From Dipteris shenzhenensis (Eukaryota), in NCBI GenBank assembly GCA_047967505.1, contig CM106538.1: a stretch of 64,000 nt of DNA; one strand, given 5' to 3'. Positions 1 through 13,635 of this stretch are shown piece after piece. How positions within the stretch are numbered: the first letter of the stretch is position 1; every line of letters begins with the position of its first letter. Position numbers and translations under genes: made by a program. Under the pieces are notes generated by a model. It searched no databases and was not told where the DNA came from. It worked only from the letters and a program-made list of their open reading frames with translations.

Positions 1-487
1 GTTTCTAGTGGTTCACTTTGCACGGTGTTTGTTAACACCACCAACTGGTGTTTATTAACACCTCAAATAAAATATACATGTTGTCCGCAAACAGTGTTTA
101 TTAACACCACCAAATACATGATTTTCAAACTCTACCACAAATGCATGCTTTGTTTTGGTTATTATACCCAATGAAACTTTTCACAACCAATGAAGTTTTT
201 CATAATCATTGAAATTTCCAAATATCAGCATATTCAATATTGGAAAAAATCCCACAATCAATGATTTTCCCAAATTTAATGAAACCTTTCCCAAATTTAA
301 TGAAATCCACCCAATTTCAAAATTCCCAAAATGCAACTTTTGTCCCACTTTATCTAATACGGTGTTACAGCCATAAAAAGGCCAGTTGTGTGCATGCCAT
401 TCAATGTGGTGACATGGAGATGTGGGGGAAGTCGATGGAGATTACGAAGAAATTCCACAAGAGCAGGCATTTCAAGGTAAAAAAATG

Positions 488-1199
488 ACCAGTAGCATCA
501 CTCGACGATGAGCTAGAAACCTACCTTGGTCAAGTCTCAAGTTGGGATCCTAGGTTGCCTTTCATTGCAAGAAACGGGCTAGAAACCTACCTTGGTCAAG
601 TCTCACGTTAGGTTGCCTTTCATTGCAAGAAAAAGTTTTACTTACAACCCTCAATATTTGAATTGCCATTCCTCCCAAACCCACATAGAGAAATGGCACT
701 AATGCATTTGACGTCTTAGCCTCAAAACAAGGAAGACTGGCTGATTTGACCAACGCCCAGCTTGACACGCCAGAGAAGATCATGCAAGCGACACGGGTGA
801 TGAACACAGCTTTCTTGTGTGTTTTGGAAGATCCTGACTTACGGCCGTCCATGGGAACAGTTGTGCGGATGCTCGAAGGTCGAGTGCCTGGTTTGGATCT
901 TCACCGCTCACATGTATTTCAGAGTCTTCGGTTCGCAATCAGGTTGCCGTGTCCTTTAGCCCGGACTCTGCTTAACGAAGCATTCGGTAACTTGTTTGAT
1001 GCTTCTAGTGAACCCTGTATCTCGACCCAGACTGGTTGAAATCTCTACCGGCGAGTCTACTCAATACAAATTGTGATAACCAGTAACATCACCCGACGAT
1101 GAGCTAGAAACCTACCTTGGTCAAGTCTCAAGTTGGGATCATAGGTTGCCTTTCATTGCAAGAAAAAGTTTTACTTACAACCCTCAATATTTGAATTGC
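488..1199 (+). repeat. Three copies of the kinase stop-codon/3'-flank segment
   Basis: GCTAGAAACCTACCTTGGTCAAGTCTCA...GTTGCCTTTCATTGCAAGAAA occurs in segments 488-574, 578-667 and 1079-1199. Confidence 0.9.
704..1102 (+). pseudogene. C-terminal fragment of a receptor-like Ser/Thr kinase (subdomain XI plus tail)
   Basis: Reads AFDVLASKQGRLADL...RVMNTAFLCVLEDPDLRPSMGTVVRMLEG, the typical C..DP..RPSM..VV.MLEG motif. The tail is disrupted and ends ...SNITRR*. No upstream kinase subdomains are present in the window. Confidence 0.8.
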
Positions 1200-1380
1200 T
1201 TTTTTAAGAATTTCCTAATTTTAAAACTTAGCATTGCTTTTAGTTGGGGAAATGTATTTCCTAGAATTTCATACTCTCTCTTTCATAGATCCATTGAACA
1301 TGTGTATCTATTTAAATACCAGTTAAGTTTTGACATTGCCTTTTTAGTTGGATTTTTTTTTTGGGTGGCAATCCATCTCG

Positions 1381-1434
<54 letters not shown>
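1381..1434. repeat. Compound (CT)n(CA)n microsatellite
   Basis: Directly visible. Confidence 0.98.
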
Positions 1435-1435
<1 letters not shown>

Positions 1436-3205
1436 TGGATAACATGTAAGCCCATGGCAAGCCACATCAATGTAGAAACTTGCAACAAAATGTACATCAA
1501 AGGACATGTATCTAGTCAACTTTATGATTACTCTAATAGTGGCACTCCTAGAGAAATTCTTTCAATCATAGAATTCCAACCACAATGCCACATAAATCTT
1601 TCCACAATGGAAGGACTCAACAATTTCAACTAACTTATGATTGATCCCTGCTCTTTGATGCACCCAAAGACCGCTCTAGAAAAAAGATTGAACAGAATTC
1701 TTCCCTGTGATAACAATTTCAACTTTAAATGATTGATGATCCATGCTCTTTGTATGCCCCAACGACCGCTCTAGAAAGATCGAATTTCTTGGAGTTTGAG
1801 TTGCTCGGGATTGCCCAATAAGAAATGACGATAGCTTTCCAATCGTAAATCAAGATCATGGACCTTATCATTATGGAGAGATCCAATACTATCAAGCGAC
1901 ATATAGACGATTAAGAGTCATCCAGTCAAAGTAGCTCTCATCCTCTTTCCACAATTGCATAGGCCCTTTACTGTCTAAAGAGGCATCAATAGTGAGTACA
2001 CGTCGAGGAAGTAGAGGATCAACTTTCAAGCACTTACTACTACTTTGCATTAGAACTTTGAAGGATATTGGCTTGAAGTTGTTGTAGGATTCCATAATCA
2101 ATGACACACATTTGCAATTATCTTTGAGCATGTGGAGGAAAGAATTGAAACCCATGTTAGAAATGTCTTCGAATTGAAGAACATTGGGAAGGTAGTTGAT
2201 AGGAAATGGTGGGACCATATTTGGAGGTGAGTTGTTAACACTTTTACTTACAAATAGAGTTTTAGCAGCAAAGCCTAAGAAACCCACAATGCAAAGAATC
2301 TTTTGAGAGAGAAGCTAACACGATGGATTAAATGGGACTCACCCACTTGGAAAGCTTACAAAGCTCGTCAAACATTTTCATTCAGACATAGTGGTCAATT
2401 GTGCTGGCAGTAACATACTCATGATGTATGCAACCATCTCAAACTAAGAGTCTCAAATGCAATCCTAATGAGTTGGGCTGATTTAACTCTAATGGGAACA
2501 TGACCTTACGCATGTTAATCAAATCCACATAGTGGTGGATAAGATAGGAGAAGGTGCAAGAAGTGCAAAAAGTGACTTTGGGGATGCCAAACTTATCAAT
2601 CACACCTTGAGTCTAGGAAACAAAGGCATTAGAGATGATGAAAGTAAGGAGGCTCAAACTTATCAACCACGCCTTGCATCTAGGAAACAAAGGTATTAGA
2701 GGAGATGCAAGTAAGGGGGCTCTTGCTTCTAAAGGTCCTCTGCCATTTTGTCCAATATGCTGGTGGCAGCCATTTTCCCAATAGCCTCAAAGAGCTTCAC
2801 GACAGCAAGGGGCGTGCCTACCTGCCCTAAAGAAACTAGTAGTATGAGGGCATATCAAGTGGGGGAGACGTGCATCAGGAATTTCTAGTTTAGATCCTGA
2901 GTGGAGTTTGGGTTTTTCTAGCTATTCTAACGTGTGACCACCATGTACTTTGAACTATTTTTGCTTTGACCTCATGATTTCAAAAGAGATAAAAGAAAGA
3001 AGGCAAGGATGGACATGACAAATACTAAGGATAATATTGCTGCTAATGTACAAAAATAGAAGCCAATAGTTGGAAACAGGACGATAACATAAAGCTACAT
3101 CAACCTAGGCATGGCAAGGAGATCGACAGCTAGGGCCTAGCCCTTACCAATCGTTGGATAAAATTGTGTGTCCTATAATTCAAAAGTTCTCTCCTTTGGT
3201 ACCCC

Positions 3206-4250
3206 TCAGGTCTGCATAAACAATGCATTCTTATAGCAAGCTTCTACATCCTCTGCTTTGGGCATTGTAATCATATCTTTCATGCTGTTTCCCTTATTAA
3301 GAAGCTCGTGAACTTTGCCATGTGCTCCATCTTCCTTCTGCCTTGCCTCATTAACTCCTTCTTCAGGATCCCTGCATCCGTGAAACAAAGGAAGGAGGGG
3401 AGGATGGAGAACTTGCCTAAAAAAGAACATGAACATCATATTAGCCTTCCAAGAACATGAACATCAATCACACCTAATCAAGCACACCTACACACACAAT
3501 ATGCAAAATTTCACTGATTGAAGAAGTTGTCGGTACGGGCGACTGGAGCAATATTTTACTAATTTCTTGAACGTGGGAATTCGCCCTACTGAGAGTATTC
3601 TACAGCTCAAAGCATTCTGTAAATGGTCGCCTACAGAGGGAGAACAAGCACTTGGAAAAGTTTGCTCAAAAGAGTTAAAAATGGAGAAGAAGAGAGTGTG
3701 AGGAAGAAGATGATGATGTGGCTAGAAGTGGCTCAAGGAGGCTCATGGAGGCTGAGTGGCTCTAATACCACATGTTGGAGCAACCATGGAGACATGATGG
3801 AGATAGACAATAGGTAGAAACAATGGCACAAGTATGAAGGCAATGAGCAACTGATTCATTCATAGAATGGAGTACATTTAGGCAACTGGCCATGAGTAGG
3901 TGGAATCTAGATCCACAATCGTCTTAATCAAGAAGACCATCAATGTCTCCTAGAATCTCTCAATCACACACCACACTCCTATATTCACTCAATCACAACT
4001 GCTGACTGACACATCATTAGTCACACCTAATCAGGCACACCTACACACACATATGTTCACACACTCACTCATATGATCACTCACAACCATAGACCTTGGT
4101 ATGATCCATTACATCAATTTGTCCTTCAAACATGAACATGAACATGAAGGTGAACATGGAGCACTTTCCTTCCAAGAACACGAACTTCGGATCTAAACTC
4201 CAATTTGCCTTCCAAGAACATGACCATTGTAATAGCAAAGATCACACCAT
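3206..4250 (-). mobile_element. Degraded 5' part (LTR, PBS, leader) of an LTR element related to the 24193-26304 family
   Basis: PBS TGGTATTAGAGCCA at 3770-3757 abuts an LTR end at 3773 (TGTTGG on +). Leader motifs ATGATGATGTGGC and GCTCAAGGAGG are shared with 25958-25995. The right boundary is uncertain. Confidence 0.6.
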
Positions 4251-4603
4251 GTTAATGGAGTAGAAGAGTTGCTTCTTGTTGCCAACCAAGTTGGATCCCA
4301 AGGACTGAAAAGCGGGCAAATAACTGCCTGTACTTAGTTGTAGATGCTGCCATGGCACACTCATTCAACTTTCGTCCCTTGCATATATATCTCTCCTCTC
4401 CTACCCTGCATCCCCTTCCATAGTGCCTCTATAACATCCCCAGTTGCCTCTCCTCTTTCGTCCTGATCCCTCTCCCGAAAGATCTCATCCTTTACGTTGC
4501 ATAAAACAATCCAATCTATGAGCTTCTCGGTGCTTTGGGGTGTGTTTTTGTGTTTGTATGTGAGAGGGAGTTAGGGTGAGTGAGAGAGATATATAGAGAA
4601 GGC

Positions 4604-4908
4604 AGAGTGAATTTTCCATCCTGATCAATCCACCCACACTCCAAACGCTCATCAAATAATGTATAACATGGTGCACTGAGATGGTGTGACCTCTACAAAT
4701 TTCTAGAAGAGAGAGTGAATTTTCCATCCTGATCAACCCACCCACACCCCAAATGCTTGTCAAATATTGTATAACCATGTCGCATTGAGATGGTGTGAGC
4801 TCTGCAAATTTCTAGAAGGTAGAGCCTGATCAATCCACCCACACCCCAAACACTCGTCATATATTGTATAACATGGCGCACTAAGATGGCATGAGCTCTA
4901 CAAATTTT
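4604..4908. repeat. ~105-110-bp tandem repeat, 3 copies
   Basis: CCTGATCAA(T/C)CCACCCACAC..CAAA...GTATAAC..GG..CACT.AGATGG...CT.CAAATTT recurs at ~4620, ~4727 and ~4825. Confidence 0.9.
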
Positions 4909-6479
4909 TATGTAGTTAACGCTGCAAGCTTGTGCATGTGATTGGATGAAGTTGTCCACGGGGCAAATTTCTTAGGTGGCATGGGACTATTTGGAGGAGA
5001 AATGAGTGCATTATAGTAGCGTAAGAAGGATGAGACATGACTACATTATAGTAAATCAAGAAGGCTCCTTTCATTAAGCCACAATACCATGGATTGTCAT
5101 GGTCCATCCTCTCCGTTTCCTTGTTTCATGAATGCCTCATCCCAGTTTCCTTAAACACTGCCCTTGCAGCCCCTCCAAAATGAATTATATCGATGAATTG
5201 TAGTATGCCATTTTCTATTGAGGAACTCGAGCTGCTTAGGAAACAATCCACTTGGAATTATCCTATTGTGATGATGTTCCAGCACTAGGATGGTCTTCGA
5301 ATCTACATAGACAAAGCAAGTCCGGAGATAGCAAAACTATTAACAAAGAAAACCATGCACAAAGCTCAAAGATCCTTAGATTAATATTGGTGTGAGCCAG
5401 CTAGATAACGTAGAATCGCCGTGAAAGCAAAGTGCAAAAAGGAAGAGAAGATGGAAGAAGAAAAGGTGCAGCAGAAGGGATGGAAGAAGAGGAAGCAAGG
5501 TCGATAACCTTGAGGAGGCTTCTCAGATGAAGGAAAATAGTGCAGAGAATCTTTTTTTTTGAAAAACCTATAGGCTTGCCTCCTTTACCATTTCCCTCGC
5601 ACGGCTTGCCGTGTTGAGCAAGGCATCTCATGGAGAAGTGCCACGTATTGCCCTCCCAGTGAAATGTGGAACCTCAGAAATAAGTAAATATAGATGGAGC
5701 TTTTACCACTATAGAACTTTAGGAGCTCAAATGGCATACTTGTGGTGTTCATAATCTCTTAACAATGGAGAAGTTGCCTTGGGCATTTTGTGATTATTCG
5801 TAGTAATTTTGGGAAATTTTGAAATTCCTAACCTCTACTTTTGGATGGCTGTTTGCTTTTCAGCTTTTTTAGCTTGTATGTGCTTTTCAGGCTCCCTCCC
5901 ACATGCCTATAAATTAATCCAAGTGCTACACTCTCCCTCCATGCGAACTATCTTGGCTTCCTCCCACTACAAACAATTCAAGCCTTTCCAAAATCAAGTC
6001 TCATGTGCTTGTTTCTATGAGTAGGACGCTATCAAGCCTTTCCAAAATCCAAGTCTGGTGTGTGTTTGTTTCTGTGAGGATGCTAGCGAATTTGAGTGTT
6101 CGCTCCTGTGAAAAAGACGCTCGCAAATTAGCAATCAAGGTGAGAACCTTCCGCACTTTTATTGAATATTTGAAATTTTGTTGTTAGCTTCAATCCATTA
6201 GATAGCACACTTCGTTGAGCGGTTTATGCCACTTTTGGTTATTGATGATTATTTCCCTCATTGAATTTTGTTAGGAAACTTTGTTTTATGTGTCGAGACA
6301 TCAGACTGTAGCCTTCACATCCACTTTAATAAGTTCCCAAATTTCACCAAACTGGACTACCGTGAAGATCGAAGCAAATTGGGATCTCTTTAGATCTTGT
6401 CAACTGAGTGTCAACCGGACAAGTCAAAGTGACTTAATAGAATCATAGGGCATCATTTCAACTTTGTAACTTACCAACT

Positions 6480-8815
6480 CCTTGTTGCCATCTATAGACT
6501 TCCATCTAATCTCCTTGGCCAACAAGCTACCCACAACATCATCAAACTTCAGTACTCTACCAATTGAAGAGTTACTGACAGCTATACGGAAGGTATCCCA
6601 TGAGGATGGCAATGAACACAAGATGAATATTAGCTTGGTTTCCACATCAAAATTTAGCTTTTGAGCTTGAATTTGGCTGAAAGTAATCTTGAATTCATTC
6701 AAGTGAAGCAATGGAGACCCCTTCCTTCATCTGCAACAAACTTTATTAGAGGCAGTTTCCTTCTCATAAGTGGCACATAATTTCTTCCACAAATCTTCCA
6801 TAGCCTATTCATTTACTACTGTGAAATAAACTGACTCTGCAAGATGAAGTCTAATAGTAGACTTTGCTAATGCATCCAACTCATTCCAATCATCCTCAGA
6901 CATAGTTGTAGGCTCAGCTGCAATCCCTTCCAACGGTTTAATCTCCTTTTGAATAAGTACATCCCTTAACAATTCTTTTCACATAGAAAAGTTTGTCCCA
7001 TCAAACTTTCTAATGCTGAAAAACTCCTTTTTAGACATGGAAGAGGATGCCATGATGCAAATAAAGTAAAATCCCAAATGCTAGTTCCTGTAAGAAAGAA
7101 TCACATGAAATACCAGGTGCACACCCAAATATGTCTAACATAATGGAGAGTAATATCACAAATAAAAACTCAAAGCTCAAAGCATTAAAATGCATTTGAC
7201 TCATGTGCATATACTATGCATCCATATGAGCAAATATGACCCAAAAGAAATGCCAACCTGAAATGACAAAACAATAGCAAACCCAATGCCAATAAGAGTC
7301 AAGTGCCTCAAGCATAAACACCATCCATGGGCATAAGCATCAATAATGTCTCATCCAAGAGAGCATAGTACTATCAATGAATCAATTTCAATGTGTCAAA
7401 GCTGTCCCTCAGCATAAAATAGCATCTCTGTGCTAAACATCCATCAATAAAGCATCCCACAAGACTCTTTGCTAAATGTCCATCAATAAAGCATCCAACA
7501 AGGATCGTAATGCATCCAAACGGCCTGTGAAGCATCCACTGCAACCCAATGCAAACCACAAAAAAGCGCACATGGCTTATTTTGCAACTAGAGTGATGTG
7601 CATAAGGTATGTCCCAAAAATCATGGCCCCATGGCAATGACCGCTACTAAAAATAGGACCTGAGATGCCTCAAAACATAGATGTCACTACATAATCAGAC
7701 TCACTAGGAAAATCTACAAATATCACTCTTCTGCTAGAACTCTAGGATCCCAACCAATGAATGGGAAATGGGGAGTCAACCCTTGCAATTGACCAAAAAG
7801 TAAAACCTTAGGAAACTTAGAAACCTTAGCAAATTAAGCCACATGGCAATTGTGTGGAACTTGTGCAGAAAATCCAAATAGAGGAGAAAACATTGACACA
7901 AACTTCTGGAATTCCCTGAATACTCCACCAAGTCGCGCAAAAATTTGCAGAGGTCAGTATTAGCCCATCCCTGAATCACCAAAATAGACAGATTTGGAAC
8001 TAGTGAACTGAGCGAGCGGGTCTAGTAGACGAGCATCCGAACATAGGAAGAGATCAAAGAAGATGAAATGCTTGATTCCATAGCTTATTGTTGGTCTTGT
8101 TCCTTCTCCCAAGCTGGTTGGAAGCTGAATGGAGGCTTAGAAGTTGAACTGGAGCTCATGGGTCACGAAATAGCATCAGTTGCAACACAGATTCACAAAA
8201 ATGGGCTCCTTCCTTGCTCAAGGCTTTCACAAAGCTTGTGAAATGAGCAACAGAGTTCAGAGCCTAGGAATGCTAGCACCCACGACATGATTCCAAAAGA
8301 AATTGGCTCACTCAGGCTCGAAAATCATCACAGGCTCCAAAAAATGACTTTTGCTTCTAAGAAAACCACTTACACCTTGCAAAACAACTCAGAGACTTCC
8401 AAAACTCACTTGTAGGCTTCTACAATGTTCTAATACCACTTGGGCAGCTCAAACAAGAAACCACATGCTGCTCTATCCTACCACAGAGCTGTAGCAATAG
8501 ACAACATGCACACACACGGGCTTAGCTAGACCACACAAAAGCCTCAGCCAAACCACCCAGGCTTTGATACCAATTGAGAGTGCTCTCAGCAGAAGTGGAA
8601 CGAAAGACGGTGAGAGAGAGGGAGATCCAGACGAGAGCCATACAAGTTTTGTGGGTGCAAAATACCCCAATCTTCTATGTCATCGATATATATATGTGTG
8701 TATGTGTGTGTGTGTGTGTGTGTGTGCGAGCGTGTGTGCATGTGTGTGTGTGTGTGTGTGTGTTTGAGTATTGTACAACAGCGGGGTTAAGGAACAGTGG
8801 CATATAACCCCCACA
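6480..8815 (-). mobile_element. 5' part of a Ty1/copia element (LTR 8575-8815, PBS, leader, degenerate gag), related to 38773-42359
   Basis: PBS TGGTATCAAAGC at 8572-8561. The gag segment HLNEF...LCSLPSSWDTFR...VVGSLL aligns with 40190-40820. The LTR resembles 60597-60767 but carries an expanded (TG)n tract. Truncated near 6480. Confidence 0.9.
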
Positions 8816-9419
8816 AAATCCACCCCCCCAACAACACGAGAAAACTCTTCACAGAGGCCAGCCCAACTTGCTACCTCCAAATTGTTGGAGACGATGGAGA
8901 GGCCCCGTGCACAAATGTAGGACTCAAAATCCCCCCCCCAAACAACAAAGAAAACTCTACTCAAAACCCTTAGCCCTTCGTCAATGTCTCTAGCAAATCC
9001 ATAGAGCACAGCCATAAAGAGGCCAGCTGTGTGCATGCCATTCAAGGTGGTGACATGGAGATGTGGGGGAAGTTGATGGAGATTACGAAGAAATTCCACA
9101 AGAGCAGGCATTTCAAGTCCTGGTGAGTGCCACAGAATGACCTTGTATGAGAAAGCAATCAAGATTGGGATCATGCTATCTCGAGGGGGGTAGTAATGTT
9201 GGTTGTGTTTCCTATTGCAGTTCCTAGCATGTTAAAAAGAGTGGGTGAGTAGTGGAGCGGATGAGTATATGAGAGCTTGAGGGAGAGTGAAGCAAGGTTA
9301 TGACCAAGGGTGAGAGCTAGAGGAGGGAGCATGGAGCAAAGTAGCAGAGCAAGGGTAGATGAGAGCAAAGTAGCCAAACCATGTTCAGGGCGATGATTAC
9401 ATAGTAGAAGTGGCACTCT

Positions 9420-9715
9420 AATATCAATGAGACACCTTAAATTAATCAAAATTCAAACCACCATAGTGACTAGAGGCCCGGTGGTGCCATCCAAATAATC
9501 ATGAGCCATCTTAATAAGCCAACTTAAATTAATCAAACTTTGAGCTAGCACGGTGACTACAGGCCCAGTGGTGCCATCCAAATAATCATGAGCCATCTTA
9601 ATAAGCTGCCTTAAGTTAATCAAAATATGAGCTAGTGCGGTGACTAGAGGCCCAGTAGTGCCATCCAAATGATCATGAGCCATGTTCAATTAATCGAAAA
9701 TTGAGCTACCAATTA
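9420..9715. repeat. ~87-bp tandem repeat, 3+ copies, with more degenerate repeats to ~10630
   Basis: GTGACTA(G/C)AGGCCC.GT.GTGCCATCCAAAT.ATCATGAGCCAT occurs at 9466, 9553 and 9640. Confidence 0.9.
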
Positions 9716-10724
9716 ATCGCATGCCTAGCCGTCAGGGGAAGTGTTGTATTTTGTAGACATTCCTTCCCATGTAAAGCTTCATCAAAAGACCTTAAAACAT
9801 AGTGAAATTTGGCCATTTCATTAAAGGTTATGGCACCACGGTGACTAGGTCTAGATTGCTTGTTTTGCCCCAAAAATAATCACCAACATGCAAGCTTGTC
9901 CAATTTTAGAATCATGGGCTGTGATTTTATCTCCGATGACCACTAGATATAATTGAGAATTGTTTTCCCCCAAAAAACTCTCACATGCAAGCCCATGCAA
10001 TCACATGCTAGCACAAAAATTGGTAATTAACTGCACTAAACATAATGTCGACGTCCAAATAATCATGAAGGAGCCACCATGCCAAATGACTGGAAATTAA
10101 GTGGTAATTAAGTTGCATGCATGCTAGACTAGATTGCTTGTTTTTCCCCAAAAATAATCACCAATATGCAAGCCTATCCAATTATAGAATCAAAAGCTAC
10201 TACTTAATCTCATGACACTGCAGTGACTAGTAATTTAAAAAATAATCAAGAATTGTATTGCCCCAAAAATAATCGCATGCAAGTCCATCGGCATGCAATC
10301 ACATGCCACCACAGTGATGGGTAATTAACATCGAGAAGTCCAAATAACCATAAAGAAGCCGCAATGCGAGCGATGTATGGACATGCAAGATTACCCATGT
10401 ACAGACATGCAAGATTATCGGCTAGTGGTAACGAAATCACATGCATGTCGGTGCAACGTATGGACAAGCAAGATTTCCCATGCTCTTCCCATGTCAGGTG
10501 GTATCCAAATAATCATGAAGGAGATGCCATGACAATGACTGGTAATTAAGTGGTAATTCAATTGCATGCAAGCTTGTTCAAAATTCGAGCCACCAATTAT
10601 TCACCTACCACCCATCCAAAATCATCCAGGAGCCACTGCAGTGGCCTTCACTCTACTTAAGCCGCCACTATTTGATTTCATTCACCATTTCCAACTCCTT
10701 TCACTATTTTGTATAATTAGTCCT

Positions 10725-11202
10725 TGTTGGATTTAGTGGATAGTCATCCTCATGAGGTTGTCCTCAGAGTTTGTGTTAGTATTGTCAGATGTGTTTATCC
10801 ATGGTGCCTTCATGCATGCAGTAGACTACGTACAAGGAGGAGGCAATGAGCCGCCCTCATTCTAGTAGTCTCCAAGGTGCTGATGAGAGTCAACCTCCAT
10901 AGTTCTAGGGAGGGCATGAGTCTCTTGGCTTCTCCATATAGTCAGGGATAGATGGATTGCATGTTGCTAGCAACCACGAGGAGAAGCGGTCTCTACAGTC
11001 GGTTTACAAGATGATTTAAGTCTTGGAGCAGGTCGTCATTTGAGTGTATGTGTAGAAGGTTGTGTGAGACTTTGTGCATATCTTTTATGCTGTTGTATAA
11101 TGATCAACAAGCCTAGTCCATTGCGCTCTAGTTCTGATTATATAGTTGATTAAATTCCATGCATTATGATTTGAGGGACAAAGCCAACAGTGGTTTCAGA
11201 GC
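10725..11202 (+). mobile_element. Probable LTR (10725-11189) followed by a PBS, internal region absent
   Basis: Perfect 6-bp inverted termini TGTTGG...CCAACA are followed by TGGTTTCAGAGC (11191-11202, one mismatch to the iMet PBS). Confidence 0.6.
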
Positions 11203-11339
11203 AAGGATTGCATATTCATGTAATCACGTGAATTTTCTTGTGATTACGTGTCGTGAGGATGATGTATTTCATGCATTCATGAATACAATCATGCCTTTAC
11301 GCTATCAAGTGGCCCTGACCTAGAAACCAAATACATATC

Positions 11340-11610
11340 GATGGTAGTACCAACACTATATCGGCGGTATCCTAGTACTAGCAGTAGTTCTAATACTACC
11401 ATCGGTAGTTTAACACAATATTACTGGTGGTAGTGTTGACCATACTGCTGGTGATTTTATTGCCGCCGGTAGTAAAAGTATCATTGGCAGTAGTAGTAGC
11501 AATACCGGTGGTAGTTTGTTACTAACCATTGGTAGTACTACTACTACCGGCGGTGATACAATAATTACCGGTGGTAGTACTACTACCCTAAGATATATGC
11601 CAACCACCAG
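11340..11610. repeat. GGTAGTA/ACCGG(C/T)GGTAG low-complexity array (similar array at 32145-32290)
   Basis: Repeated TACCGG(T/C)GGTAGT-like units are visible at both sites. Confidence 0.75.
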
Positions 11611-11818
11611 TTTCATTTTCAATAAGACTGGATTGAGAAGAGGCAAAAATCCTCCTCTCTCCAAGTGGCTGAGGGGCCTAGTCCAAGAAGTGGTTCATGG
11701 TCCCATGTCCTGAAAAGGAACGGGGGCTAGTTGGAACCATGACCTGGAACTGGATTTATTTGGCCCTCCACATAAAGGGGGGGTTTTTTTTGTCAAAGTT
11801 TTTAAGAAATTACCTTGC

Positions 11819-11922
11819 ATTTGTTGCATGCATGCATTGAAAGAATCATTTGTTGCATGCGTGCATTGAAAGAATCATTTGTTACATTCGTGCATTGAAA
11901 GAATCATTTGTTGCATTGAAAG
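11819..11922. repeat. 29-bp minisatellite, ~4 copies
   Basis: ATTTGTTGCATGCGTGCATTGAAAGAATC is repeated. Confidence 0.9.
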
Positions 11923-12108
11923 TTATTAATCTACATTAATGCATGATAGCTCATTTGCATTTCATGTAATTAAAAAATCAAGAATGCAGAGGGTGGGAGT
12001 TATTGTCAAATGCCTGCCTGCTCACAATTGTATGGAAACTGTAGCTATTTGCTAGTGTCGAGCAAGAAAGCTTTCCGCACACACACATCAATATCTACTT
12101 GCACAAGC

Positions 12109-13635
12109 ATGGCCTCAACCACCGGCACTAAGCGAAAAGTAGGGGAAGAGCTACGTAACGGCGAGCACAAGAGAGTGATGACAAGCATTCAGGATGCCTT
12201 TTTTATTAGGGTGTGCACATGGAGGAGAGTGAGATGGAATGAACCTGTCTAGTTTAGAGGGAGTTAGCACTATGAAGAGGAGGATTCTTGATGATGCTAA
12301 GACCAGTTTGCAGTCTAAAGGTCATGATGACCTTGCAAGCTAGGTGCAATGGGAGACATATGCCATGCTTTGGATTGATAGCTTTATTGGGAATGCAAAG
12401 ATCCGCTTTAAAACGAAGCATGCAATGTAGACCCTACTCTTGCACAAGAGTTTGATGTCTTCAAATTAACACAATGGATGGGTGTATGGGCTAAGCACAA
12501 GACTAAGGTCGCTGCGTCAGATCGTCGTGTCATAGTGGCTAAGAGATGGGAAAACAAGGTAGCAGTAGCTTATGGGTGAGCTACGTCCCTGGCTACAGGT
12601 GAAGAGCAACCAACCTCTATACCCTCTCAACCATTGAGAGGTGATGAGGTTTAAAGGTCACAACATAGGGCTAGTAACATAGATAGAGTGTCAATCTTGG
12701 ACTATGTCACATAGAGGGAGATCCAAGTTGGCAAGAAAATCGGCTCAAGATCCTATGGCACTATATTTAAAGTGCATTTGGTAGGAGATGTAGGGTTGCC
12801 ATATCACGTGGATAGCACACGGGCAATATTGGGACGTGTACATGAGAAGCAAGGAGAGAAAAACTCATGCATATTTTACAACCAGTCCTTATACGTGTGA
12901 TCGCAACAACCCGAAAAGAGCCACTTTGGACCATCATGCCATACTTTAATGGCCGTATCTTGTTGCAATTCCTTCAAAATTTGCCAATGGAACAGGCTTG
13001 GTTCATACGCTACTTCCACCATGTTCTAAGAGGAGGAGCGAATCTGATGGCCACGATAAGTAGGGAAGTCCAAGCTACATTGGAGAAGGAAGATATTGCT
13101 CGAATCAAATTATGTCTTTTGTGAGAATCTCCTCCATATCATCCATGCACTTGTGGACGTTGCACGTAGGAAGGTGGATGCACATAGACCTACATCTGCA
13201 CAACATCTTATTGGATTTTGTTGGAAAGTCTAGATGCCGAGTAGGCATCATAGATTGGGGGATGGCCATGGACTTCTTAGAGAGTCAAAAGGCATTCAAG
13301 CATCTGAAGAAGCAGTCTTTGGAGACAGATGCCGACTTTGCTGAGAGAGTTCGTAGGATAGAGGAAGAGCAAGATGGCAAGGCAAATGAGTGGGGGAGTT
13401 CAGTGATTGAGCAAGGAAGAAGAAGATCTTGCCCATCGATGATATCATCAATTGGGTGAGATCTCATCAACATCAATCAGGAAAATATTCAGCTCCCTTC
13501 AGTCCAAAAAAACTTAAACGAACGTACGAGGAGATGGAGAGCATACCTGGCAAAGCTGGAGAGCTGAGAGGGGTAGATGGTAGAGGGAGACATGGAGAGG
13601 TTAGAGGATTAAACAAGAAGGGATTGAATTCTTAG
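12109..13635 (+). pseudogene. Divergent, apparently intronless protein-kinase-like pseudogene
   Basis: Gly loop IGSRSYGTIFKV (12739-12774), hinge WTIMPYFNG, catalytic loop HIDLHLHNILLDF (13181-13219) and GIIDWG (13244-13261). Many stops and frameshifts. The VAIK lysine and the C-lobe are not recognisable. Confidence 0.7.

Noticed and set aside
1432-2800. Possible LINE endonuclease remnant (LNRLYV and GHVPI motifs on minus)
   Set aside because: The motifs are short, in the wrong relative order for an APE domain, and no RT is visible.
3611-3624. 14-bp match to the putative hAT terminus at 63586
   Set aside because: It lies inside an LTR-element leader 60 kb away, lacks the terminal C and has no matching 8-bp TSD.
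8680-9449. Minus-strand ORFs of 164 and 92 aa
   Set aside because: No recognisable motif, and the first ORF runs into an LTR microsatellite. Not supportable as a gene.
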